Shown piece by piece: positions 1 to 9,618 of a stretch of 64,000 nt of DNA. The DNA comes from Candidatus Latescibacterota bacterium (GTDB taxonomy: Bacteria > Latescibacterota > UBA2968 > GCA-2709665), in NCBI GenBank assembly GCA_965222075.1, contig OZ244937.1, positions 1,280,001 to 1,344,000 on the forward strand, read 5' to 3'. The notes under the pieces were generated by a model. It was not told where the DNA came from. It was given only the letters and a program-made list of their open reading frames with translations, and made no database searches. Position numbers and translations under genes: made by a program. Position 1 is the first letter of the stretch; every line of letters starts with the position of its first letter.

Positions 1-759
1 CGTACCCTTCGATCCGCCTATGACAAGGAAACGCCGGAATTCACGATCAAGAAGGGCAAAAAGACCTTCAAGTACGTTGGTGAACCGATTCCAGCATCTC
101 TGGTAATCACGAAATTTTTCAGCACCAAACAGCAGGAACTGGAGCAACTTGAGGCGGAAGTCTCTAAATTGGCGGAACGTAAGAAGGAATTCGAAGAAGA
201 ACATGGCGCCGACGATGGCGCTCTCAACGGCCTTGAAGGGAAAAGTGGTATCACCAAGGGTAATGTGCAGCAACGCGCCATCGAACTTAAGGAAGCCATC
301 CTGAAGGCATATCCGGAAGGAACGCCGGAGCACGATCAGGCGAAGTCCATCAAGAAAACGACCTTTAGCGATCATAACTGGACCAAGAACATCAGGGACG
401 AAGATGGCCTATTCGAGGAACTGGATATTCTTTACGACTATTTCCAGTTCATGACGGATGAGACGACTCAGAAGAAGGCGCACAAACAGGCACTGGACGC
501 GCTGCACATGTCGGTGAAGGCGAAGTACGCCACGCTCACCGAGGCTGAAATCAAGACGCTGGTGGTCGAAGACAAGTGGCTCGCCAGCATCCGGTCCGAC
601 GTTCAGGACGAGGTACAGCGGCTGACCCAACAACTCACCGGGCGCGTGAAGGAACTGGAAGAGCGCTACGCACGTCCGCTGCCGGAGCTGGAAGGGGAGG
701 TGGATGATTTCAGCACGAGGGTCGAGGGACACCTGAAAAAGATGGGGATCTCGCTATGA
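1..759 (+). CDS. hsdM: Type I RM methyltransferase subunit HsdM, C-terminal part (runs off window start)
   Basis: Frame open from base 1; C-terminal helical region 'Y..LTEAEIKTLVVEDKWLASI...QRLTQQLTGRVKELEERYARPLPELE..V...RVEGHLKKMG' typical of long HsdM proteins; upstream of hsdS/hsdR. Confidence 0.85.
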   Translation, partial: RTLRSAYDKETPEFTIKKGKKTFKYVGEPIPASLVITKFFSTKQQELEQLEAEVSKLAERKKEFEEEHGADDGALNGLEGKSGITKGNVQQRAIELKEAILKAYPEGTPEHDQAKSIKKTTFSDHNWTKNIRDEDGLFEELDILYDYFQFMTDETTQKKAHKQALDALHMSVKAKYATLTEAEIKTLVVEDKWLASIRSDVQDEVQRLTQQLTGRVKELEERYARPLPELEGEVDDFSTRVEGHLKKMGISL

Positions 760-1916
760 ATCAAACGTTCGATTTCGAGAATCTCGTCGAGTTGTGTCGA
801 CGAACCCACGAGGAAACACAACGCTCGGCAGCGCGAGTTGTCGATCGCTCACTCGTGGCACGAAACTATCTGTTCGGCTGGTATATCGTCGAGTATGAAC
901 AGAACGGCGCGGACAGGGCGGAATACGGCAGCCAACTCCTGGACAGGGTCTCCAGTCGCCTGCAAAAGATCGGGATCAAGGGCAGTTCGGCGACCCGTCT
1001 GAAGCTCTACCGACGTTTCTATCAGCAGCAGAAGGGAATTGGGCCGACACTGTCGGCCCAATTGGCATCCCTGGCGTCCGTTGACGGAACTCCTGAGATT
1101 CGACCGACAGCGTCGGACGAATCCGTTTCCCCACTGTCCTCCGCATCGCGTCCCCTGGAAAACGCAATTGTCCTGCTCGAAGACCGATTCTCCCTGGGCT
1201 GGTCCCACTACGTCACCCTCCTGACCATCGACAACCCCGAAGAACGCCGTTTTTACGAGCTTGAGGCCGCGGGCAACGGCTGGAGCGTACGCGAGCTGGA
1301 GCGGCAAATCGCCAGCTCCCTGTACGAGCGGCTTGCACTAAGTCGTGACAAGGGGGAAGTTCGCCGGCTTGCCAGCGAGGGGCAGGTGATCGAAAAAGCA
1401 TCAGACCTGATCAAGAACCCGCTGGTGCTGGAGTTTCTTGGGTTGGAGGAAAAGCCCGCCTATTCAGAGAGTGAACTGGAAACGGCGATCATTGACCGGC
1501 TTCAGCACTTCTTGCTCGAGTTGGGCAAGGGGTTCCTGTTCGAGGCGCGGCAGAAGCGGTTTACTTTCGACAACAGCCATTTCCGCGTAGACCTCGTTTT
1601 CTACAACCGGCTGCTGCGCTGCTACGTTCTGATCGACCTCAAACGTGGCAAATTGACCCATCAGGACCTGGGCCAGATGCAAATGTACGTCAATTACTTC
1701 GACCGCTACGTGAAGACTGACGACGAACTTCCGACCATCGGCATCGTGCTCTGTGGCCGTAAGAACGATGCCATGGTTGAGCTGACACTACCGGAAGAAG
1801 CCAATATCTATGCATCAAAATACCAGCTCTATCTGCCGTCGAAACAAGAACTTGCAGCCCAACTGGAGAGTGTCTGGAGAGAACTTGAAAACCGGGAAGG
1901 CGAAGACAATAAATAA
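756..1916 (+). CDS. YhcG/DUF1016-family PD-(D/E)XK nuclease domain protein
   Basis: 'DRAEYGSQLL', 'LGWSHYVTLL', 'WSVRELERQI', 'FLLELGKGFLFEARQKR', 'VDLVFYNRLLRCYVLIDLK', 'DLGQMQMYVNY'. Confidence 0.9.
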   Translation: MNQTFDFENLVELCRRTHEETQRSAARVVDRSLVARNYLFGWYIVEYEQNGADRAEYGSQLLDRVSSRLQKIGIKGSSATRLKLYRRFYQQQKGIGPTLSAQLASLASVDGTPEIRPTASDESVSPLSSASRPLENAIVLLEDRFSLGWSHYVTLLTIDNPEERRFYELEAAGNGWSVRELERQIASSLYERLALSRDKGEVRRLASEGQVIEKASDLIKNPLVLEFLGLEEKPAYSESELETAIIDRLQHFLLELGKGFLFEARQKRFTFDNSHFRVDLVFYNRLLRCYVLIDLKRGKLTHQDLGQMQMYVNYFDRYVKTDDELPTIGIVLCGRKNDAMVELTLPEEANIYASKYQLYLPSKQELAAQLESVWRELENREGEDNK

Positions 1917-1994
1917 GCGTCAGGTCACGATGGACGAGCATAAAAAGATACGATCCGTTATATTTTGGCATCAGCAACAGTGAAGGAGGGCATC

Positions 1995-2231
1995 ATGCCA
2001 GACCGTTACGTTACGAAGCATCCAAAGGGGTGGGCAGTGAAGGCACCGAGTGCCGCACGCGCGAGCACCGTTCATGGGACGCAGCGGGAGGCCGAGAAGG
2101 CGGCGAAACAGATTGTGGCTAATCTTGGCGGCGGAGAGGTCCGTATCCAAGGACGCGATGGCAGATGGCGCGACTCGGACACGGTACCGCCGGGCAACGA
2201 CCCGAACCCGCCACACGACAAGAAGCATTAA
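1995..2231 (+). CDS. DUF2188-family small protein
   Basis: AAGGAGG RBS; 'GWAVK...RAS..HGTQREA...AK.......GGEVRIQGRDGRWRD'. Confidence 0.8.
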   Translation: MPDRYVTKHPKGWAVKAPSAARASTVHGTQREAEKAAKQIVANLGGGEVRIQGRDGRWRDSDTVPPGNDPNPPHDKKH

Positions 2232-2252
2232 ATGAGGGAAAGGAGCAGTCCG

Positions 2253-2373
2253 ATGAGGGTACTTATTCGGGCTTTGAATCATCGTCATAGGCGATGTCGA
2301 CTTGCTCTTTCTCAACCCATTTCTCGGCGTAGAGATCGTAACGCCCGCCGAGTTCCTGAAGTCGTCTGCCTGA
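2253..2373 (+). pseudogene. Internally deleted PIN-family toxin remnant
   Basis: AGGAG+ATG 'MRVLI' start, then in another frame (2278-2373) 'IIVIGDVDLLFLNPFLGVEIVTPAEFLKSSA*', resembling the C-terminus of PIN toxins (IVTGDxDLLxL.PF.GI.I.TPAEFL). Confidence 0.6.
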
Positions 2374-2449
2374 CCATGAGAGCCGTACGCCGGGATGGCG
2401 AGAGCCTTCGTCCAACTATCGGGGGCGCGCTGCCGCCGTTCGAGGACAG

Positions 2450-3685
2450 GTGAACGTGATGAATAGCGAGCAAAAGACAATGGGTAATGCCCTTGGAGAC
2501 GGACGCCGTTCGCTACCGAGAGAGGTGCAAGCTGGTTACAAGCGCACCGAGGTGGGCGTGATTCCGGAAGAGTGGGATGTAGCCAGAATCGACCAAAATG
2601 CATCCATCAAGACCGGCTCGAAGAATACACAGGACAAGCAAGACGACGGCGACTATCCGTTCTTTGTACGATCTCAGGAAGTCGAGCGCATCAGTTCCTA
2701 TTCGTACGATGGCGAAGCCGTGTTGACAGCGGGTGATGGAGTCGGAACCGGAAAGGTGTTCCACTACATCCAAGGCCAGTTCGACGTACACCAACGGGTC
2801 TACCGGATTACCGACTTCTCTGATCAACTCAATGGCCGCTACTTCTTCTACCAGTTCAGCACGGATTTCTACAATCGCATCATGTCCATGACGGCGAAGT
2901 CATCCGTCGACTCCGTTCGGCTGGAGATGATCGCCGGCATGCAGATTCCATTGCCTCCCCCGGACGAACAACGCGCCATCGCCGAGGCGTTGTCGGATGT
3001 GGATGGGTTGCTCGCGGCGGTGGAGGCGCTGATCGTCAAGAAGCGGGCCATCAAGCAGGCCGCCATGCAGCAACTCCTCACCGGCAAGACCCGCCTGCCG
3101 GGCTTCAGTGGGGAATGGACCGAAAAACCGCTTATTGAGCTTGTGACTATCACGATGGGACAATCACCACCTTCAATGTTCTACAACCTGCGCGGGGAAG
3201 GCCTGCCCTTGATTCAAGGGAATGCAGACATCGAAGATCGTCGAACGATTGACCGCGTGTGGACCACACATGCGAGCAAGTATTGTGACTCAGACGATCT
3301 GCTGCTTACTGTACGGGCACCCGTTGGAGCCATCGCAGTTGCGAGTAAAAATGCATGTCTTGGACGTGGGGTGTGCGGACTAAAACCTATTGGTGACTCT
3401 GCGTTTTTGTTCCATGCTTTGGTTCATGCGGAGGGCCGTTGGCAGATTTTCGAACAAGGCAGCACGTTTACTGCGGCGAACTCGGAACAGGTTGGACAGT
3501 TTCGAATTCGTGTTTCCAGCGATGAGAACGAACAGTCCGCCATCGCCGCTGTTCTCTCCGACATGGATGCCGAGATCGCCATGCTGGAACGACGTCGGAA
3601 CAAGATCCACGCCATCAAGCAGGGCATGATGCAGCAGCTTCTCACCGGCCGGGTGCGGCTGGTAGGCGTTTCGGGAAACGAATGA
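2450..3685 (+). CDS. hsdS: Type I RM specificity subunit HsdS
   Basis: 'GYKRTEVGVIPEEW', two TRDs each followed by 'EQ.AIA..LSD.D' and 'IKQ..MQQLLTG..RL'; start could be a few codons later. Confidence 0.95.
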   Translation: MNVMNSEQKTMGNALGDGRRSLPREVQAGYKRTEVGVIPEEWDVARIDQNASIKTGSKNTQDKQDDGDYPFFVRSQEVERISSYSYDGEAVLTAGDGVGTGKVFHYIQGQFDVHQRVYRITDFSDQLNGRYFFYQFSTDFYNRIMSMTAKSSVDSVRLEMIAGMQIPLPPPDEQRAIAEALSDVDGLLAAVEALIVKKRAIKQAAMQQLLTGKTRLPGFSGEWTEKPLIELVTITMGQSPPSMFYNLRGEGLPLIQGNADIEDRRTIDRVWTTHASKYCDSDDLLLTVRAPVGAIAVASKNACLGRGVCGLKPIGDSAFLFHALVHAEGRWQIFEQGSTFTAANSEQVGQFRIRVSSDENEQSAIAAVLSDMDAEIAMLERRRNKIHAIKQGMMQQLLTGRVRLVGVSGNE

Positions 3686-5565
3686 CTATGTCTCATGATC
3701 GTTGCCAAGAAGATCTAATCCTGACCGTGAGGGACTTTGCCGGTTGTGGCTGGAAGGCGGCATTGGCTGGGACTACCCGGGAAGACTATTACTCAATGTC
3801 GAACGCTTTCTTTTCTGCCGCCAAGCAGGCTATCAGCGAAGACCGCCAAGCTCATGGCAAGGTGCTGGAGTTGCTGGCTCATGTCTGTTCGATGATGCTG
3901 TCGTCCGACAGTATCAACGAGCCTTTCAAGCCCTTGACGGTGTTGGGTGGTCAGCGGTCGATGACCCCAGACGATTTATCCGAAGATGACGTCACCTTTT
4001 TCGTGCAGATCGTTGATTACATTGATGATCCGTGGCTCAAGGCACGTCTGGCCGATCTGGTCTGGCTCTTACAAAGCACCCGTGATGTCAAGTTCGCCTT
4101 GGCGGCTATCGATAGCTATCGGTCTATCCCGTTGGACACAGAGACCTGGGTACGTGACGGAGATGAATGCTGGCAGAGGGCAATCAATCTGGCTCGCCTG
4201 CTCAGAGCAGGAGCTGGCGAGCGTCTTGCCAAAATTGAAGCCTCGATCATCAAAGCATTCACGTCGGTGACGAGTCAGGATGGCTTTCTCGGCTATTGGT
4301 TAGCCGATCTGCTCAAGTCTAACGCCCTCGGAAAGGATCACTCAACCAAGATCGCGACAAAGCTCCAGTCTTTGGCTCACGAGTTTGACGTTGCAGGTGA
4401 GCTCCACAAAGCACGCGAATACTTCCAAGCATCAGCCGACTGGTTTAAGGTGTCTGAAGACGATGAGCAGTCAACTGCAATGACAGTCAGGGTAGCCGAG
4501 AACTGGGTCAAAGAGGCTGTCGCCAGATTGTCGTCGGACCAACCGAGTCACATGGTCGCCGTGACCTACTACGAGAATGCCATCCAGACTTACCGTACTA
4601 TTCCCAAATCAATACGTGCGCCGCATCGGGTGGAGGATCGAATTGTGGAGTTACGGAGGTATCTCAACGAATCTGGAAAGAAATCATTGGGTGAGATGGG
4701 TGTTATCCGCAGTCCTGGTGTGGACATCAGTCAAATTGTCAAAGATGCCCGTAATTCAGTGAGGGGCAAGGCGTTAGATGAGGCATTGAAGGCATTTGTC
4801 AACCAGCTTGAGGGCGAGAACACCAAGGAACTGCGCGAAAGTACGATTGAGCAAATGCGTAGCTATCCGGTGCAATCCTTGTTTTCCGGAACGTTAATGA
4901 GTCGTGATGGCCGCGTCATTGCAAAACAGCCTGGAACGGGTCTCAGCACCACACTCTCTGATGGCGATGAGGCTGATGACAACGAGGTGGTTATCCGCTC
5001 CAAGATGGTCGAAAATTACCGCTTTCATGTCGATCTTGCCGTTCGGGGTTACATCTGGCCTGCACAAGAGATTCTGCTTCTGGAACACCGCTTGCGGGAA
5101 GCCGATTTTGTCGATCTTGCCAGGCAATCTCCCATCGTGCCCACGGGGCGTGAACTGCTTTTCGGCAAAGCATTGTTCGCAGGTTATGACCGAGATTTTA
5201 TCACGGCTCTCCATATCCTGGTGCCACAGATCGAGCACATGGTGCGCTGCCACTTGAAACAAGCAGGAGTGCAAACGACAAATATAGACGTCAACGGCAT
5301 AGAGAATGAAAACGGTCTAAGCTCGCTTATGGATCTTCCACAGGCGGAAGAGATATTCGGCGAGGATCTGAGCTTTGAGATCAAGGCGCTGTTCTGCGAC
5401 CCCTTTGGGCCGAATCTCCGGAATAAACTCGCACACGGCTTGCTCGATGACAAGGAGTGTCAGTCTGTCTACGCGATCTATGCCTGGTGGTTTGGGTTGA
5501 AGCTCGTATTCTTTTGGAATGCTTTACGCATTGACGCCGAACAAAGCGAACAAAGCGAGGAGTAA
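3682..5565 (+). CDS. DUF4209-family protein with C-terminal HEPN-like RxxxxH motif
   Basis: 'ALHILVPQIEHMVR', 'FEIKALFCDPFGPNLRNKLAHGLL'; overlaps hsdS stop (ATGA). Confidence 0.75.
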   Translation: MTMSHDRCQEDLILTVRDFAGCGWKAALAGTTREDYYSMSNAFFSAAKQAISEDRQAHGKVLELLAHVCSMMLSSDSINEPFKPLTVLGGQRSMTPDDLSEDDVTFFVQIVDYIDDPWLKARLADLVWLLQSTRDVKFALAAIDSYRSIPLDTETWVRDGDECWQRAINLARLLRAGAGERLAKIEASIIKAFTSVTSQDGFLGYWLADLLKSNALGKDHSTKIATKLQSLAHEFDVAGELHKAREYFQASADWFKVSEDDEQSTAMTVRVAENWVKEAVARLSSDQPSHMVAVTYYENAIQTYRTIPKSIRAPHRVEDRIVELRRYLNESGKKSLGEMGVIRSPGVDISQIVKDARNSVRGKALDEALKAFVNQLEGENTKELRESTIEQMRSYPVQSLFSGTLMSRDGRVIAKQPGTGLSTTLSDGDEADDNEVVIRSKMVENYRFHVDLAVRGYIWPAQEILLLEHRLREADFVDLARQSPIVPTGRELLFGKALFAGYDRDFITALHILVPQIEHMVRCHLKQAGVQTTNIDVNGIENENGLSSLMDLPQAEEIFGEDLSFEIKALFCDPFGPNLRNKLAHGLLDDKECQSVYAIYAWWFGLKLVFFWNALRIDAEQSEQSEE

Positions 5566-5732
5566 TGAGCACGGTCGGCGAGCGGGAGACCCGCATACAG
5601 CAACGCGTGGTCGCGTTCTTCCAGGACGCTCTCGGCTGCGCCCGTCTTGTCTTCTTGGACACCAACCTTGTCCGGACAGTCGAGAAATACCGGAAGCTGT
5701 TCGACGGCGGCGGTAAACAGGTTTTAACATGA
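5565..5732 (+). pseudogene. Chimeric 55-aa ORF: duplicated hsdR 5' end fused to PIN-like fragment
   Basis: MSTVGERETRIQQRVVAFFQDALGCA matches the hsdR start at 9615 (MSTVGEREIRTQQRVIDFFQDALGYA), then 'RLVFLDTNLV'. Confidence 0.8.
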
Positions 5733-7329
5733 CGCCACTTCGCATCTTTATCAGCAGCGTACAAACGGAGTTTGCACAGGAACGCGAGGCGCTACGCGAT
5801 TATCTGCGCGGAGACCCGCTGATGCGGCGGTTCTTCGAGGTGTTCCTGTTCGAGGACGTTCCGGCGTCGGATCGGCGGCCCGATGCGCTCTATCTGGACG
5901 AAGTGGAGCACTGCGACATCTACGTGGGGTTGTTTGGGAGCGAATACGGTACCGAGGACAAGGAAGGGCTATCGCCGACGGAACGGGAGTTTGACCGCGC
6001 GCGCGAGGTTGGCACGCATCGCCTGATTTTCGTGAAAGGGGCGGAGATCTGCGCCCGACATCCGAAGATGCGAGCGTTGATCGGTAAGGCGCAGGCGGGG
6101 CTGATCCGGAAACGATTCAATAGCCCGGAAGAACTGGTAACCAGGCTCTATGCGGCGTTGGTGGATTACCTGGAAGCCAAAGAATTGATCCGCTGGGGGC
6201 CATTCGATGCGGCGCCCTGCACGAAGGCGGCGCTGGACGATCTCAACTTCGAGCGAATCATTCGATTCATCCGCACGGCGCGCAGGGCCAGGCAGTTCCC
6301 GCTGACGGAAGATTCGTCCCCCGAGGAATTGCTGGAGCATCTGAATCTGTTGAACGACGGGCGATTGACGAACGCGGCGGTATTGTTGTTCGGAAAGTCG
6401 CCGCAGCGGTTTCTGATCTCCTCCGAGATCAAGTGTGCCCACTTCCACGGTACGGAGGTCGCCAAGCCGATTCCGTCCTACCAGGTCTATAAGGGCACGG
6501 CGTTCGATCTGGTTGACCAGGCGGTGGACTTCGTACTGAGCAAGATCAATCGGTCAATAGGCACGCGGGCGGAGAGCGTCCAGGTTCCCGTGACCTATGA
6601 GATTCCGAAGGAGGTCGTGACCGAAGCCATCGTCAACGCGGTGGTCCACCGCGACTACACGGACAACGGCAGCGTGCAGGTCATGCTCTTCACAGATCGG
6701 TTGGAGGTCTGGAATCCCGGACGACTGCCATCGCCGCTGACACTGGAGAAACTGCGTGTTGCGCACAGGTCGGTGCCCGGCAACCCTTTGCTGGCGGAGT
6801 CTATGTACCTTGCCGAATACATCGAACGGATGGGGACGGGAACGCTGGACATGATTCGCCGATGCGTCAAGACCGGTTTGCCGGAACCGGAGTTCGCCGT
6901 CACCGATGGATTCGTCGCGAGGATCTGGCGGAAAGGGCCCACGGATGAAGCGTTGCAGCCAGAGCAAGGCGGGGGCAAGTCGGGGTGCAAGATAGGGGGC
7001 AAGCTGGGGTCCGGGACGTAGAATATGACAACGTCACAGGGCAAGCTGGGGTGCAAGCTGGGGTGCAAGCTGAATCTTCAGCCAGGGACGTTGCCATGCT
7101 GCAAGCGTGTATTCCAGGAGCGGCTACGAGTAGAGAGTTGTGGGTGGTCGCGGGATATTCGACCCGAACGAGAAGCTTCGAGCAGCGGCTTAGACGACTC
7201 TTGGCTGATGAGTTGCTGGAAATGACTGTCCCCGACAAACCGAGAAGTCCATTGCAGAAGTACCGGCTGACGGACAGGGGACGGGCCGCTGTCGCAGGTC
7301 TGAAAACAAGGAGCACACAGAGCGGATGA
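5729..7329 (+). CDS. DUF4062 N-terminal domain + ATP-binding (HATPase_c_4/RecG-C-like) domain + C-terminal HTH; frameshift at G run ~6971-6975
   Basis: 'RIFISSVQTEFAQER', 'EAIVNAVVHRDY', 'RLEVWNPGRL', 'YIERMGTGT'; shifted-frame continuation ends 'LEMTVPDKPRSPLQKYRLTDRG'. Confidence 0.75.
7041..7281 (+). repeat. ~240-bp direct repeat, copy 1 (copy 2 at 9333-9573)
   Basis: Visual alignment, roughly 90% identical; begins with the 12-bp GGGGTGCAAGCT tandem unit. Confidence 0.95.
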
Positions 7330-7379
7330 GCAGTTGTCATTGCGCTTCGGTTAAATTTGTCGGATAGGGAGGCTCTCAG

Positions 7380-8747
7380 ATGTTGACACGGCTACGGCTG
7401 GAGAACTTCAAGTCCTGGAGGGATACCGGGGACATCGCGCTCAAGCCCATCACCGGCTTCTTCGGACCCAACAGCTCTGGCAAGACCAGCCTGTTTCAAG
7501 CCCTGCTTCTGATGAAACAGACGGCCGATTCCTCGGACCGTGGGATAGTCTTTCACTTCGGTGATGGAAGAACACCCGTTGACCTGGGCGACTTCGAGAG
7601 CGTCGTACACGAGCACGACACGGAGCGATCACTCAAGTTTTCGCTCGGCTGGAATGCCATGAGGGAGATCGAGATACCGGATCTGTACGCCAAAGGGACT
7701 GTCGCCGAAGGTGACGAAATCAGATTCGAGGTCGAGATACGGGAGGAGAGCATCGGCTCGGGGAAATCGCTGATATTGGAAGAAATGTCCTACCAGATCG
7801 CCGGCCGAAGATTTGGGATGCGGCGCCTACCTGGTCGGATGGCGTACGATGTATTCGCCCGTGGGGCCGACTTCGATCTCTCTCACCGTACCGGTGAGGC
7901 CAATCATTATATTCGGCCGTCAAAGTTCCACGAGTTCCCACACTGGGCGGAAGAGCTCTTTGAGAACCACGGCTTCCTCTTTAATTTCCGCTACGGACTA
8001 GAATTGCTCCTGGACGATTTGTACTACCTTGGCCCTCTCCGCGCCTATCCGAATCGCGTCTATCGCCGGTCGGGCGCGCAACCCATCGACATGGGTCCAG
8101 CCGGTGAATCCGTGGTGGATGCGATACTATCGTCTCGGGAACGGGGAGAGAGAATAGGGCAAAGTTTTAATTCAAGCCTTCCCGCGATCGACAAATACGT
8201 CGCTGAGTGGCTCAAGCGTCTTGGACTGGTCCATGACTTTCGTGTCGAGGCGCTGGCTGGGGGCAGGCGGTTGTTCGAAGTCAAGGTCCGCAAGTCATCC
8301 GATTCAGCCGAAGTTCTCCTCACCGACGCAGGCTTCGGGGTCTCCCAGATTCTTCCGGTGCTGGTGCTGTGCTTCTATGCACCTGAAAAGTCCACGGTGA
8401 TTCTGGAGCAGCCGGATATCCACCTGCATCCGTCGGTCCAGGCCAACCTTGCCGATGTCTTTATCGACGCTTGGAAGAAATGCAACGTACAGATATTGTT
8501 CGAAAGCCACAGCGAGCACCTGCTTCACAGACTCCAGCGCCGCATCGCTGAAGAGGAGATCCGGGAGGATGATGTCGGCCTGTTCTTCTGTTCGACGAAT
8601 GGCAGTGGTGGCTCAAGCATTAGCCAGCTCGAAGTTGACCAATTCGGAAACATCTCCAATTGGCCGAAGGACTTCTTTGGGGACCAGTTCGGCGAGATTG
8701 CCGCCATGAGCGAGGCCGCGCTGAAAAGGCAGGGAGATTCTGAGTGA
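7380..8747 (+). CDS. ABC/SMC-type AAA ATPase with DUF3696-like C-terminus
   Basis: 'LENFKSW', Walker A GPNSSGKT, signature-like 'GFGVSQILP', Walker B 'VILEQPDIHLHP', 'ESHSEH', 'GNISNWPKDFFG'. Confidence 0.85.
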   Translation: MLTRLRLENFKSWRDTGDIALKPITGFFGPNSSGKTSLFQALLLMKQTADSSDRGIVFHFGDGRTPVDLGDFESVVHEHDTERSLKFSLGWNAMREIEIPDLYAKGTVAEGDEIRFEVEIREESIGSGKSLILEEMSYQIAGRRFGMRRLPGRMAYDVFARGADFDLSHRTGEANHYIRPSKFHEFPHWAEELFENHGFLFNFRYGLELLLDDLYYLGPLRAYPNRVYRRSGAQPIDMGPAGESVVDAILSSRERGERIGQSFNSSLPAIDKYVAEWLKRLGLVHDFRVEALAGGRRLFEVKVRKSSDSAEVLLTDAGFGVSQILPVLVLCFYAPEKSTVILEQPDIHLHPSVQANLADVFIDAWKKCNVQILFESHSEHLLHRLQRRIAEEEIREDDVGLFFCSTNGSGGSSISQLEVDQFGNISNWPKDFFGDQFGEIAAMSEAALKRQGDSE

Positions 8748-9241
8748 GCATGAGGAAGCCGGAGATAGTTATGGACACCAATGTCGCTGTCGTTGCGAAT
8801 GGTAAGGCCCAACAGGCAGACCGAGATTGCATCCTCAAGTGCATAAACAGATTAAGCCACATACGAGATGAGTGCCGACTTCTCCTGGACAATAGAAACC
8901 TGATCCTCAAGGAATACCTGGGAAACCTTAGCCTCTCTGGACAGCCTGGGCTCGGTGACACCTTCTTCAAGTGGCTGTGGCAAAACCATGCAAACCCGGA
9001 GTATTGCCGAAAGGTTGCAGTGAAGCCTCGTGAAGATCGTGGGTTCGAGGAATTCCCTGAGGACCCGAATCTCAGCTCATTCGACCGAGACGATCGCAAG
9101 TTTGTTGCCGTAGCGCTGGCAAGTGAGACCGGGCCGGATGTGCTGAACGCCTCAGATGCGGATTGGTGGCACTACCGTCAAGCGTTGCGACAGCACGGCG
9201 TTGAGATAGTTTTCCTCTGTCCAGACCTGATGGAAGTGTGA
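8744..9241 (+). CDS. PIN-like domain protein coupled to the ATPase
   Basis: 'IVMDTNVAVVAN', 'ILKEY', 'FDRDDRKFVAVA', 'NASDADW' acidic pattern; GTGA overlap with ATPase. Confidence 0.65.
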   Translation: MSMRKPEIVMDTNVAVVANGKAQQADRDCILKCINRLSHIRDECRLLLDNRNLILKEYLGNLSLSGQPGLGDTFFKWLWQNHANPEYCRKVAVKPREDRGFEEFPEDPNLSSFDRDDRKFVAVALASETGPDVLNASDADWWHYRQALRQHGVEIVFLCPDLMEV

Positions 9242-9330
9242 TAATGAGGTCAACACATTGACCACGTTTCACACGCAGGGAGTAGCAAATTGAGGTTTCC
9301 CCGCCGCCCAACGCCATTAACGCCATAGGG

Positions 9331-9618
9331 GTGCAAGCTGGGGTGCAAGCTGGGGTGCAAGCTAATTTGTCAGCCAGAGACATTGCCATGCTGCAAGCGT
9401 GTATTCCAGGAGCGGCTACGAGTAGAGAGTTGCGGGCGGCTGCGAGCTATTCGACCCGAACGAGAAACTTCGAGCAGCGGTTTAGACGACTATTGGCTGA
9501 CGAGTTGCTGGAAATGACTGTGCCTGATAAGCCGAGGAGTCCATTGCAGAAGTACCGGCTGACGGACAGGGGAAAGGCTGCCCTGACCAGTCAAAAACCG
9601 GGGAGTAGAGACACATGA
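9331..9618 (+). pseudogene. Duplicated C-terminal HTH fragment of the 5729-7329 gene (direct repeat copy 2, 9333-9573)
   Basis: Protein nearly identical to the 6985-7329 ORF; stop overlaps hsdR ATG. Confidence 0.85.
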
